The notes under the pieces: model-generated
The model's database searches: none
What the model was told of the DNA's origin: nothing
The model's input: only the letters and a program-made list of their open reading frames with translations
DNA from: Raillietiella orientalis
Lineage: Eukaryota
Reading direction: 5' to 3'
DNA: 64,000 nucleotides
Assembly: GCA_036172245.1 (NCBI GenBank)
Contig: JAYWIR010000095.1
Location: 1 to 64,000, forward strand
Shown here: in pieces, positions 11,340-23,800 of the stretch
How positions within the stretch are numbered: position 1 is the first letter of the stretch
Layout: each line of letters opens with the position of its first letter
Position numbers and translations under genes: made by a program

Positions 11340-12247
11340 CACACCCGGGTGCGCCGGGGCGTTTATTACTGGCATAAACATACATGTGTGGGGTCATAAG
11401 CCCTACAACGTCCTCTCAAAAACTGGGAACTTGCCGAGTGACTGGCATGCAGGCCGGCGAGGATCAACTCGACAGCGGAGGGGGAAGGGACAAACAAAAA
11501 CAAAAAAAGCAGGGGGGTGGGTTGGGGGAAGGGATCACTTTTTGCTGGGGGGCATCCTCTACATCCTTTCCAGGATGTCGACAAGTTCCATCCGGATACG
11601 TTCCAGATGGGGTCATCCGGCTGCCGTCCTCAGGAAGCCCAGGACGAAGCAGATGGAGTCCCTATCGTGCTGTTCACCTGTGGCATTGCTCCAGGCCTCC
11701 ACAATCCCACGTAGGCAGCAAAGGGCTGCTAGGCTGTGGCAGGCGAAAGGGCGTCGCTCACAAAGGCGTCGCTTGATCACGTCTCTGGGAGCGTTCAAAG
11801 GTGCATCTAGGGCCGTTGCAAAACGCAACCACAGGGGCCGGAGGGCAACACAGTCAGGAAGCAGGTGCGGGAGGAATTCCCGTGCCCCGCACCTGACACT
11901 ATTCGGGTCCACAGCCCCCCTCGTCCAGTGAGATCGGTGGGCGTTGCTGGAGAGTCCCCAGTGCAACACCAGAAATGCCGACTCCTGCCACTTCAGGGGG
12001 AGGGCCGGGTATTCCTCAGCACTGGGGGCCACTCGAGTTCTTCCAGAGCGATGCTCAGTAGCTCGCTCCAGCGCAATAGTCCTTTCGGTGGGGCACTTGG
12101 AGTCGCAGCATCAGTTAGCTGGCCCGTGGTCCAACCACCTTGCTCTTTCTCTCTTGCAGAGATCCTACATCGGACCTCCCATTTCGCCGGCTGCCTACTG
12201 CCCAAGTGCTCCCTGAGGTAGGGCAGAGCTGCCGCTAAGGAAGTCCC
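11340..12247 (-). mobile_element. L1/Tx1-like copy C, nested antisense in copy B
   Basis: ORF 11613-12032: LPLKWQESAFLVLHWGLSSNAHRSHW..NSVRCGAREFLPHLLPDCVALRPLW..AALCCLRGIVEAWS. Terminus hairpin at 11344-11358 plus TTTATT at 11362-11367. Confidence 0.85.
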
Positions 12248-12500
12248 GAACTTGCCGGCACCCTTAAAAGGATTCAGAGGCGCCCCCGTGAACAGACAGT
12301 AATCCCTCCCCAGAATTATTTATCACTATTCTGTTTTATTTATTTATTTCCGTTTTTCCTATCCCCTCTGCTGTCGAGGCGACCATCACCGGTGTGCTCA
12401 CCGCCATCTCGGCAGGTTCTTCGACGTGATGAACGTGGTGGGAGCGACAGCTCCACCACTGCATCTGCATGCTCGAAATAAGCGCTCCGGTGCAACCGAG
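12248..12500 (+). mobile_element. L1/Tx1-like copy B, 3' part
   Basis: GAACTTGCCGGCACCCTTAAAAGGATTC aligns with GAGCTTGCCGGCATCCTGCTAAGGATGC in copy D (~33627-33655). T-rich UTR follows, then terminus AAATAAGCGCTCCGG-TGCAA-CCGAG at 12476-12500. Confidence 0.75.
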
Positions 12501-13266
12501 AGAGAGGAGAGGCCTCAGAGGGAGCGACTCGAAGGGAATTCGCCACAGGGAAGGCAAGCGCTAGAGACTGCCTGCCACAGGGATGGGAAGAAACACCGGT
12601 GAGGAATGCTCTGGTCACCGCGCGTACAGAGCCGAGGTTCCCACGACAACGCCTTGTCCCTCTCTAACGACGCGTTGCCACACACACGCCGTCCTCCGGC
12701 TGAAATGGTTTGAGGGATCATCCGCACGAGATCTTGGAGACAAGGCTCGCGCGCCAGCACAGAGAACGGGAGGCGCGCATGCGCCGTTCGCACTGTACGA
12801 ATGGAGGTCATGCGCAACCAGCTCCTCCCGTTCGGTTCATGGGATCACGTCACTCGTGTGAAGCATTTTCGGTTCACAGCCAGCAAACGCATATCTTCCC
12901 AGCTCTCCCACCGGCGCCCTTCTTTTGGGTACCAAGGCAACGCAACTTGCCTCCGGAACTCTGTGCTTCCGCGCTCTCATGACTCGGTGTTGTTGGTTCC
13001 GTCTGGTGCAGTGCATGATGGTCCCCATCTTCCCGCTCGCATCCCTCTCTCTCATTCGGCAGCAGAACAACCACTCTTGAGAAACCGCAGCCCGGTTTTC
13101 CGATTCCCAGTTTCCAGTCTTTGTCCTGAAAGTGTTCCAAGATCCTCTTCCTTCCTCGAACTGCTGCAAGAAGGGAGAATTCGAAGGTCTCCCTCTGCCG
13201 AGAGTTTTCCCTATTCCATTGGCCTCCCTGCTGCTTTTATTTTATTTTATGTTAATTTTTTTCCTT

Positions 13267-13427
13267 TTGGTCATACTACCGCGAAGAAACCCTTGGGAGA
13301 AGCGAGAAATGCCTCCGGGGCGGTGGCCAGACGGGAAACTGCGCTCTCCACAACCTCTTGGCCACGAAGAAGCCTTTGGCCGCACCACCGCGAAGAAGCT
13401 CTTGGACATACCACAGCGAAGAAGCCC
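13267..13427. repeat. 26-bp minisatellite (TTGGnCAyACCACCGCGAAGAAGCyC), 3 full copies + 1 shortened copy
   Basis: Copies at 13267-13292, 13358-13375 (shortened), 13376-13401 and 13402-13427. Confidence 0.8.
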
Positions 13428-14299
13428 TGAACTTTAGTGAGATTTCGGAGAGGCTGGCTGTGAAGCAAAGGATTCTGAAGATGAAGAAGAAAGAGAGTGT
13501 CATGGAGAGTGAAGAATTTTCTCGGAAAGAACGAAGGTGGCGACGAAGCGGGCAGGCCCGCGGTGGCGCGGACTGCTGCGCGAGTGCACTCACGACAGCT
13601 GCGCGCGACGCGCGACTCCGGGGAAGCCAGAACGTCGTGCAGCCGGGTCATCGGCCGCGGACGGCAGGACTCCCGCGACGTGAACCGCCACTTTCGAAGC
13701 GGCGGTTCACCTTAAGACCCAGCCGTGGCGGCACATCCCACGATCCGAGTGCACACAGCTGGAGCTGGAGCGAAGAGCGGGGAAGACTCGGTCCGAGACC
13801 GTGCTCTCCCTGGGGGCTTCCGTTCAAGCGGCGAGATGGGCGAGGAACGGCGTTCGTGGCGCGCCGCCGTCGGGAACCAGGAACGTCGGCGGAGGCGCTC
13901 GTTGCATCTAAAGAGACGTCGCAGTGGCAGTTGCGCGGTCCGGGCCTCGCAACCACGAAGCAGGAGCAACCTGACGCCCCGCTGGCTGAATCTCAGGCGC
14001 CGTAATTCAAGCCAATTTCACTCGCTCGGTCCCCGTTCAAGGTCGTCCTTCGGCGAGGCACGCCGTTTTTCACGTTGCTTGGCCAACGTGCTCCCATCCG
14101 TCGTGATGGTGCACTGCCTATGGGGGATAGCGACGCGGTCACCCTCCCGAATGGACAGGAAAGTTTACACACAGGACGCGCGAAGTGTGGAAAAGCCACA
14201 GAAACTACGCGCGGTCCAGAATGAACAAGAAAAACCATCATCTCATACGTAAAGACGATCCAGACACCGATGTCCTCCAGGAAGCTGCCAATCGCTACG

Positions 14300-14950
14300 G
14301 GAGCGACACCGCCAACACGTTGGAGATTGGAACGACTCTAGAGGAGTGACGTGCCACTGGACACTCAGGATGACTCCTGATGTTCTGCTAAGGAGGAATC
14401 CGGAGTGGGTCCAGGATGAAATACTTCACGGGCAATCCAGAGGATGATTGCAGGGCATGCGGTGACGTGGACACGAGACTTCACGTCCTGACCTGTCACA
14501 CGATGCATCAAGACTGGCAAACTCTGAAAAGGGTGATGAGGCTGCCGAACAGCTCAAAGAAGGAAGTTCTGGCCGGGAAGTTCCAGGGAACCGGAAACGT
14601 CCCCCGATACAACTCGATGGTAAGGACGACCATCGCCCTGTTTATCACTGTCATCCTTATACGATGGAGGAAGATGAGGACAGCCAGTACAGCCGTATCT
14701 CCCTTGGAAATCCTGAAAGGGGTTATCCAAAAGGAGATTGATATCTTGAACTGTGGACGAGTGCAGGCCTGGACGTACCGCTGCATCTTGATTAGAACTG
14801 AGGACACTCACCAGGCAAACCCCTAGTGCAAAACCTTAGTGTAGTGCAGTGACCCAAAGAAGTGAAGTGAACATCCAACAGAGAAAACACTTAGTAAATC
14901 TGTGCCCCCCGTTTGAGTAAATGCGCTTTGTAAAAGAGATGGAAAATGAA
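14300..14950 (+). mobile_element. 3' fragment of a second, distinct L1/Tx1-like LINE family (zf-RVT region)
   Basis: ORF 14416-14826 MKYFTGNPEDDCRACGDVDTRLHVLTCHTMHQDWQTL has CxxC..H...C......W spacing, preceded by a frameshifted ..SDVPL..GVGSR segment. No nucleotide similarity to copies A-G and no shared terminus. Confidence 0.6.
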
Positions 14951-16096
14951 TTTACCCACCACTCGAGAGACTGGGAAAAGTGAAAGGGATGACCTGTGGG
15001 GCAGAATCCAACTCTTTTCTGCATTCCTCTTCCTTGCTTCTGGACGAGCACTGTCCCCTCCCGCCCATAGAGAATCCCTTCTTCCCTTTCCCATGCTCAC
15101 GTTCCCGACCAGAAACAGGAGAAAAAAATATCCGCTCTCAGGTTTCTCCTTGCATCTCCCAGCTTTCCTCCTGCTATCCCTGCTGGCCAAACTGTTTCTC
15201 GAAATCGCTGGCATTCTTCCGCCGGTGGTTCTTCATGGTACGCAAAGGAACCGAGTTTCCCTCGGCGTAAAGGGGCACTGCTGGGAGTGCTTTGTTTCCT
15301 AGCCGTGCTGAGGCTCATTTGGTCCAGATGCTGTAGCTGAAAGAACGGCAAAGGAAGCAGGGATCCGGAAATGGAAATGTCAGAATCTGCCCGATCCTCG
15401 GAGGAGTGGGAAATGCGGCCTACGGAACTCCCGTGCGAGATCTGTTGTATCCACCCATCCCCGCTGAGATTCCAGGCAACGTGAAGGGCCCATCTCCGAG
15501 CCGTGCCAGTGCTGAGACGAGCATCACCGTTGCCGCGGAGACTCTCTCGAGCGCGCGCGCGCGAATTCGGAGTCGCTTCGTGCGGATACGCCCGCGTCTA
15601 TGCCCGTGGAGAGCCAGCAAGGAATCGGCAGTGCCCTGCACCTCCGCTATGCCAGAGGTGCGGGGGCGTTGGCGGTGATGAGGCGCCATTCCTGCACGAA
15701 GCAGCAGCCCCCATGACGTGAACGCGAGGAGGGAAAGGGAATGCAACTCGGCAGCATCATAAACTGCGGTGTGGAGAGGCTCTCCGATGACTTAACTGGT
15801 GGACGGAGAAGGATTTCTCGGGAGAGGCATCGGTTCGCGTTCCCATTAGCACGCAGAGATGGGAAGCAGCCCGGGTGGCCCAAACCCCGCTTTTCCCTTG
15901 TATTATACAGACTTCTCTCCTGAGACGATGACTCATGATGATGATCCCTCTCTCTCTCTTTTTTGCAACATTTTCAGTGTCCAAGGTTTTTTGCCTTTTG
16001 CAGCCCTCCTGTCTCCATGGAATCATCGCTTGCAAATCTTTCTCTATTTTACTTTCTCGCGTCATTTCTCAATCGCGAGGAGGATTGATGTCGATC

Positions 16097-16178
16097 CTCT
16101 TCCTTTCCTCCTCTTCCTCCTTTCTTCCTTCTCTTCTCTTCCTCCTCCTCTTCCTTTCCTCTTCCCTTCCTCCTCCTC
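16097..16178. repeat. polypyrimidine (CT/CCT/CTT) low-complexity tract
   Basis: Directly visible. Confidence 0.85.
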
Positions 16179-17651
16179 GCAGCTCTTGCAGCAACACGGA
16201 AGCGGCAGTGCAGAAGGGACTGGCTGAGGAAACGAGATCAGCGTCTCGGCAGCCAAGGATCGTGGACGAAGGAAAGCATCCAGAGCGAGGAACCCAGACA
16301 AGCAGGCCGTGGGTGCACCTGAGTTAGCGGATTCTCTCTGCAGCTGAGACTCCCACAGATGCGGAAGACGACGAGGCACTCCGCGAACCACTTTGCGAGC
16401 GGAAGGCAAGGACCTCCGAGGAAAGGAGGCGGCTTACCGCAGTCGCAGGTTCAGCCGGTCTTCTGAGAAATGCTCTGCGCCGCATGCTGCGGCTCGCTGA
16501 CCCCTCTTTTCCTCCCGATCGGACCACGTTGTCTCTCCCGAGCGCGGATCCCAGTTCGTTCCCCATCCGCTTTTCGCGCTTGCTTAGAATCTTCCGTTCC
16601 TCCCGCTCTTCTCCCTTTCTTCCCGGTGTCCTCCTCTCGCAGCTTCCCCTTATTCTCGTTTTCGAACATGGAGGCGGTTTCCCGATTTTCCTCGCCGCTT
16701 CATCTTCGTCATTGCACCCGTCTGCTCTGTCTCGCTTGCTACGGTGAGGGAGAGAGTGGGAAAGCGTCCTCAGAGACGTCCAGGAGGGCTTCTTTTTCCT
16801 TCTTGGAGGAGAAGAGACCGCGTATCGGCTGATGCGCTCCGGAGAAGGGAAGAGGCAGGAAACCGTGGGGAGTCCCTGAGCTTTTCGCGCGTCCCTGCCG
16901 CAACGCGATTCCAGAGCTCGTCCTTCCCTGGTCTAAATAAAAATACTCGTTCCTGTCGCATTCCCAGGCCCCTTTTCTCTCGATTTTATTTTATTCTATT
17001 TCTTTTTCTTCTTGTCCTGCGCGAAAGATAAATCCGAGGGAAGAAGGAAAAGAAGGAAGAAAAAATTTTTTTCCCCCCCCATCGTCTCCGAGCATTTCCC
17101 GGCAAGTGGTCAGCCCGATGCACGCTTGGCGCTCTTTGGGCTTCGCTCCCACCCTCCCTGCTTGCTTCGGTTTCTATACGAGGCTGCTTTTCGGGATTCT
17201 GCGCGGGCAGTCGGGCGGAAGAGGCGCCTTTCCGCGCGCGCCTCGGAGGGACCCGCAGTTTTCTCTCAACCCCTCGGGAATGCCGCGCAAGCACAGCAGA
17301 GGGAGCTGTCGCTTCACGCTTTCCCACCTCTTCCTTCCGCCTCCTCGGTTTGCCGCTGCCCCCCTTCCTTGACCGCTGCCACCACTCGCGGGAGATTTCC
17401 ATTTCTCATCGATGGGAGCACTCAAAATGGCGGACGGAAAAATCCTGCAGAAGGTCTATCTGAGGAGATTTTTCGATCTGCGCAACGCAGCGACCAGCAG
17501 CATGTTCCCGGAGAAGAGGGAGAAAGGTGTTTTCAGGAATGGGGCAACGAGGTCATCAAAGTTGCAAGAGATACGGGCGTAGACGGCTCTCCAAGCAGCG
17601 AAGAGAGGGGAGCGAGACTGTGCGTGTTTTCCATCCGAAAAGAGGCCAAGA

Positions 17652-17819
17652 GCCTCCTTCCTTCCTCCTCCTTTTCTTCGTTTTTCCCTCCTCCCCCTCT
17701 TCGTCCTTTCCCCTTCCACTTCTCTTCCCTCTCCTCCTCCTCCTCCCTTCCTTCTCCTTCTCCTCCTCCTCTCCTTCTCTTCTTCCTCTCTTCCTTCTCC
17801 TCCTCCTCTGCTCCTTCCT
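17652..17819. repeat. long polypyrimidine (CCT/CTT) low-complexity tract
   Basis: ~170 bp almost purine-free on the + strand. Confidence 0.9.
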
Positions 17820-20800
17820 GTTTCCAAGCGCCCGAGGCAGGACGCACTTAGGAGCAGGAAGGGGCAGGAAATGGTCACGGAAAAGCGAGGGTATCGCCCT
17901 CGATTTCCACGGGTTTCTTCTCTCAGGTCGAATGGGATGGTTTCGGAGTCTTCCTTCTGCCTTCGTCTCTTTTTCCACCGTCGCCTCTCCGCCCTTCCCG
18001 CAGAAGAACGGCGACGCATCTTCCCACTCCTTTCTCACGTGATCGGAAGAGAAGGGCTGCCGGCATCGCGCCACTTTTCAAAGAAGCTCCCGAAAGACCT
18101 CACAGCGTCCGGCGGCTCAGTTTGTCTTCGGGCTCCCTTGTTTTCCCGAGATCGGGGACCAGCCTCCGCCTCTGAGTCGGATCTCGTAGATGCGCATGCT
18201 CTTTGTGTGGTTCGGCCCGTTCTCTCGAAGTTGGACCGCTCTCTCAAATCCCCCGGAGCTAACGGGGCTCACGGGTCAGATGAATGCGTTCCGCGGTCTT
18301 TGGCTCTGCTCCTTCCGAGCGCCTGGAAATGCCAGCGAGCAAGAAGAACGCGAGCAGGCAGTCGGAGCGAGGTTCTGCCCAAAAGCGGACCTCGGCGTTT
18401 TGTGCGGTCGCTACTGGCAACCCGGCAAATTTGCTCTTTCCTCCGGTTTGCCTTTCTGGCGAACGTGTGTCCGCAGCACCCGAGTGCGGGTCTATTCGCG
18501 TTTCTTGTATTCGCGTTACTCCACCAAACTCACGCCGTCCATGCGCTTCATTCTCACAACGAAGGCAAGAGGACAAACGGATGCGAGACAAAGCGCGAAG
18601 CGATGCATCTTCCGGATGGCTTGGCGCTCGCGCTCCGAGGTGTCCATGTTCTCCAGGGAGAAGCTTCGCTTGGGAGAGGATGCCGGCTCCGCACCATGAC
18701 AACGCGAAGGGTCCTTAGGCAATGAGCTCTATCCTCGCTGTTGCGTTTCGGGGAACGAATGGACCAGTTCTCCGGTAGCAGGGATTTCCGCAGTTCGAGA
18801 AAGCTTGGGTGTTGCCGAGTAGGCAAGCAGCACGCGGAGCTCAGGGAGATTTCTCGGCGTCATCCGAAGGTGCAGCGCACATTCATGTCGAAGAAAGAAG
18901 TGAGTCTCGGAGCCATGTCATCTCACTGCCTCCGTCTTTTTGGTAGCATCGGTTCCGCGTCCACTTCCAGCAGCAACTCTTATTTTTTTTTTGTCTTTTT
19001 GTTTTTGGGTTCGGCTCGTCTCGGAGTCTATTTCTTGCAAACTGACGAAGATCATGCATGCTGCTCTACGGGGGGCACTCTCTCAGCACCCGGAAGTTCT
19101 TCCGGTCCAGAACCTCCTCCTAGACGATGCTCGGGCATCCTGTCGATTCCGCTGATGAAAGCGAAATTTCTTCTTTGGTATCCTCTCCGCAGAAAGGATC
19201 CATCTACAGCCTCGCGTCACCACAGTTGGCTTCACTGCGCTGCACTCGCCTGCATCCATATCTCCTAGTGTCCTCCCGAGATGGAAAACAACCTGGCGAA
19301 TCCGCTTGCTGTCTTGGGCAGGGTGTGTTCTAGAGAGTTCAGCATTGGTCTCTCGGGGAGGCAGAAACGCACCACCTTCCAAGTTCCCGTAGTTTGGATG
19401 TGAAGCCTCAGTACCATGCGGATGTTCAGGATCAATGTGCTGCAAAATGGTTCTCTGCTAAGGCTGATGGTCACCTTTGGCAAAGACTCGAAGAAGAACG
19501 CAAAGACCGTTCAATACACTCCTCAGCACGGAAAGTTTCATGAGGAAATTCATACCAAAGAAATGGTGGTGAGCTGGCAAAAAGTATAAAACGAACAAGA
19601 ACAAACGCGAAGTGAACTCAAATTCTCTGCTGCCCTCTTGAAGCCACGTGGTCGTTGACGGGTGGATGAATGCCCTTTGCCCTCTTTTGAGAATTCCTGA
19701 ATCTCGAACGGCGAATCGTTTCCTCCGTGTCGGCATGAAATCCATCAGGTTAAGCGATGGGAGCGATTCACCTCCAGTTTCCGAGCCCTCGTTTCACAGT
19801 TCACTTGGAGCGCGAAGAATACGAAGCGGCATCATTTTTCGTGTCTGGAGATGAAATTCTCAGGCCGCAAGACACGCAGGAGGATGCTGAAACTAAAGCG
19901 GTCAGGCAGACTGCTATCGACGCCAGACGTGTGATACATTTCTGCACTTCATTAGCCTCGTTGGTCAGGCGATGGACCTTCCATTCTCGACACGCAATGA
20001 ATCTGGAATCAGTAAAGAAAAATTCATCATTAAAACAGAGTTGCAATTTGCGGAAGAAAAACAAGCGCAACCAAGAGACACGAAACAAAGTTCTTGTATG
20101 AGATGTTCCTTAGGAAGGTTTCCATTGGATAACTGATTCGCTGGTAAAAGATATCGATAAATCATTCCATTACAAGGAATCATGAACGTCTGCTCCAGCT
20201 TCCCCATCCCTGCACTTTTTACGCTTCCCGCTCGAACTCCCTGAACATAAAAATCCCACGAAAGTACACTCAAGGCCTCTTATTCTGTACTCAGTAAAAA
20301 TTTTCCTGCTGACTGCATGTGCCACCAGTAGGATTTCTAACCGGCAGACCGTGTACGTCCGCCCACGTTTCCAAGAAAGAATGCATTAAAGAAAAGTTTC
20401 ACTCTGTACCGTGGCGACACTAAGATGTTTGCAACACCACAATCAAGGTAAAAGCATCTAGATTTTTGGTGTGTGCATCCTTACTGGTTAATGAGTGCAT
20501 TTCTCCTTCTGCTTCTGGTACAAAAGCTGGATTGCTGGTACAATCCATAATGTGCATAATATACTACAAAATGCAGAATATATACTACATAATACAGATA
20601 TGTTGATATTATACAAAGACTGGGCTGAACTTGTTGGCCGGCTTGTTCACCCGACCATCTTCTATCGAATGAACTAATCTCAAGCCACTTCCGAAATGCC
20701 CTAAAATCGGAGAAGAGTCTCTGTGTCAGCGTAACTGTGAGGCACAGGAAACCAGCAGAAGAACTGCTTGTTGAAGAATTTATCACATCAGGCAAGCCCT

Positions 20801-23800
20801 ATAAGGTGATGAAAGCAAAATTTCCTAAAAGATATGTGTGCGCGTGTGTTTTTGCTTATGGAGGTGTATAATTTTCATAGGGATGTCTGTGCTGGATCTG
20901 GATGATAATGGCGAACAAGCAGCCCTCATCAAAGATGAGCTGATATCAAAAATAATGAGAAAATGGAAATCAATTTTCTCAGATAAACGACTTACGAAGA
21001 AGACCACAGAACACTGGTCCGAAGTTGGCGGGAGCCAACCAACAAGATGAAAAAACTGAAAATAAAGAAGACCCTGGGAGAAAAACGATGGATCCTTGTT
21101 GTCAAGAATAGAAAGGATGCTTTGACATGAGGCAAAGGACACGTTGAAAGAGTGAATTATTGATGAGGAAGGCAGAAGAAAGGTGTCCAGCTTTGAGCTC
21201 CATTCGTGAACGAATGGAGCTCAAAGCTAAATCGCTAGCTGAGAACGATTGGGTCGAAGACTTTTGCAGACATGATAGATGGCTGATGTGCTGTTCTGAG
21301 ACCGGTCTACCGCTCAAACGTGGAACAACTGGCGCATAGCAGCAGCCAACCGCTCGGGAAAACAAAATCTGGCGCGTGAAATTCAATGTGAAGAAAGAAA
21401 TGAAACTCATCAGATAATCAAGGAGTTACCAGAAAGTTTTGATGTTCGGAAAAACTGGGGATACTGTGGAGGTAGATCAATGACAACAAGGAACGCAGTG
21501 TTGTTTGGACCACTGCAGGAACAAGAACAAAATCTTCCTAGCGAACGGTTTCAATAATAATAATAATAATAAAAAAAAAAACTGCATCTAAAGACTGACT
21601 TTGGTTGAGACAATTTTTTCTCGAGGATGGCCGTACCGGCAGAGTTAGTCATTTGGATCAAAGAAATACGAGGAAGGCCAAAAAATCTCCCGAGCTTTCC
21701 AGTTATTTATGTACTTGAATTCTGATCGATTGCACGTGATGGCAACGGCAGCTAAGTATCCAGGAACTCGTTACAAGGTTCCAATCTTTCCTCGAAAATT
21801 GACAAGCTGTTGGGGACACACCTGTTGGCAAAATTTGCGGGCGCTGAACGATCGTCCATTCACTGACGCACGTTTGCGCGAAGCTGGACGTGCAACCGTG
21901 CATGGGCGAGCTGCTAAGAGTTCTTCTGTCTCCAGCGATACGCGCTGAAGACAGTCGAGCAAAAACACCCAGCTGGCGATGACACTGACCAGCAGCCCTC
22001 GTACCATCAGACAGTGTAATAAACAGAGATGAGCTCAGGAATGTCGGACTTTTTTTAGATGCAGTGCCCTCTCAATCCAATGGGACTTTTCGAGTTTCGA
22101 CGAAGCTGGTGACCACGTCTTGAATGCATGCCTTTAAGGATCCTTTCCGCGCGTAACGTGAGCCTGATATGGTAATCTGACCCAACTTTGAGGTCTTTGA
22201 GGCAAGCTTCGAAGCATGGCCATGTTGTGATCCTGGAGCTGAACTTGGAATTTTGAGAATTCGCATTCGGAAAGGAGCATTCTTGATTTGGTTACAGTTT
22301 GGTTATGATTCACTCTTCATTCTATCCTCCTTCAGCAAACTCGAGGCTTCACTGCTGTTAAAGAGAGGATACAAATCTCCTTTGGAAGAATCTCAAAGAT
22401 TTGCTTTGCTACTAGCCAAGCGTCCTGAAGACAGAAGAGCACTGCAGGAATGCGCTCCAGCAATCGCGTGAATTGCACTTAGTCGGATTCTATTCACTAA
22501 TTGAGTGAAGCCTTGGGAAATGATATTAACAGACGTAATTCTTTATGAGAGCTTCCATTCATGCAGTATTAAAAATCCAAAGTCGGCATGGAGGGAATGT
22601 TTTTTTTTTTTTTTTAAAAAAAAAAAACAGGTGGAAATACGAGATGAGAACATGTAATAAAAAGCATAAAAAATAAAACAACAAAAAAACTCCCATATAA
22701 GATTAGGATATATGATCTTGACTGAAGCTGGAGAGAGCAAACAGTATGCGAATGAAGCAAGAAGAGGAAAACAGGTAGGAAAGAGGGGTCATAATATCAC
22801 CTTTGCTGTGATGAAATGTGCACTGTTAGCAGTGGAGGGAGAAGTTTCTGGTTTTACGACTCCCTACTTCTTTTCGGAGACGAAGAGCTTCCGTCCAAGG
22901 AACTGCCTGAACAAATATAAACAGAAGAAAATGGAAGAACGGAGATTGCCCCCAACAGGAATCCATTGTGTTGCACCCACCAGGGCATTGATTTAGCAGG
23001 GAGTGCGAGATCAAAGCAGCAGCAGAGAAGTATTGACAGATTTTCGAGTTTCTGTTTATACAGAATCAGTGAACATGCAGAGGTTACCAAGGAGAACTAG
23101 AGATTGCGCCGGATTCCGGATGCAGACCATTTCTTACGACTGCCTGAAGACATCTCTTGTTCCTTCTGCGAGAGCTGACATCTGAAATTTTCTATTCGCA
23201 CCTGAGTTGCTGAGGGGTTTTGTTCTGCACGACGTTTGCAGAAATTTACGGCGCCATCGGCAAAACACTTGTCTGATTACAACAAAGGTCCGAGGGTGAA
23301 TAAGGACGGCTGTTATCAGGCGGTGCTGGGAGAAGTCGCAGCCGGTGAACATCCACCCAGGACCAACATGTTCATTTAGCCCATGTTTTCAAATGACAAC
23401 GTCGTGCTTACGGTTTTGATCGGAAGAAAAACAGCTCGATGAAAAAAAACAAAATATTGACCAGAAGAACGTTTTCCCGATACACGATTTTCACTCTGGA
23501 GCATCCCGTATTATTTCTCCCGATCGGAATATCCTGTGAAGACATCAGTTTTCCGTGATGTCTTTTTCACCGACATTCGTTTTCGAGAGTGATAACAAGG
23601 GTACAGCCTGGGCTGCAACGTTTAGAGGTGATACAGATTAGCATTCTCAGACTCACTCTCTACAGGAGCAACGGGAGCGGCTAGAGAAGAAAGCTTCAAG
23701 ATTTCCATGCCTCGGATGAAAAATTGGTTTTCTTTGCTGAAGACCAACACCATTTTCTAAATGATGTTCACTTAGCCGGACGTCATAGGCAAGAAATCTG

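Noticed and set aside
5565..18725. Many overlapping GC-rich or low-complexity ORFs (e.g. 6301-7449, 13358-14005, 17012-17851, 17871-18725)
   Set aside because: Explained by high GC, microsatellites and TE debris; no recognisable domains.
19152..19167. Hammerhead ribozyme core CTGATGA...GAAA
   Set aside because: Only 4 nt between the motifs (no stem II) and no supporting stems; other CTGATGA sites (~25577, ~36808) also lack the fold.
20635..20655. WPACSPD, resembling the Tc1/mariner WPxxSPDL motif
   Set aside because: No following NPIE, no upstream DD motif and no TIRs.
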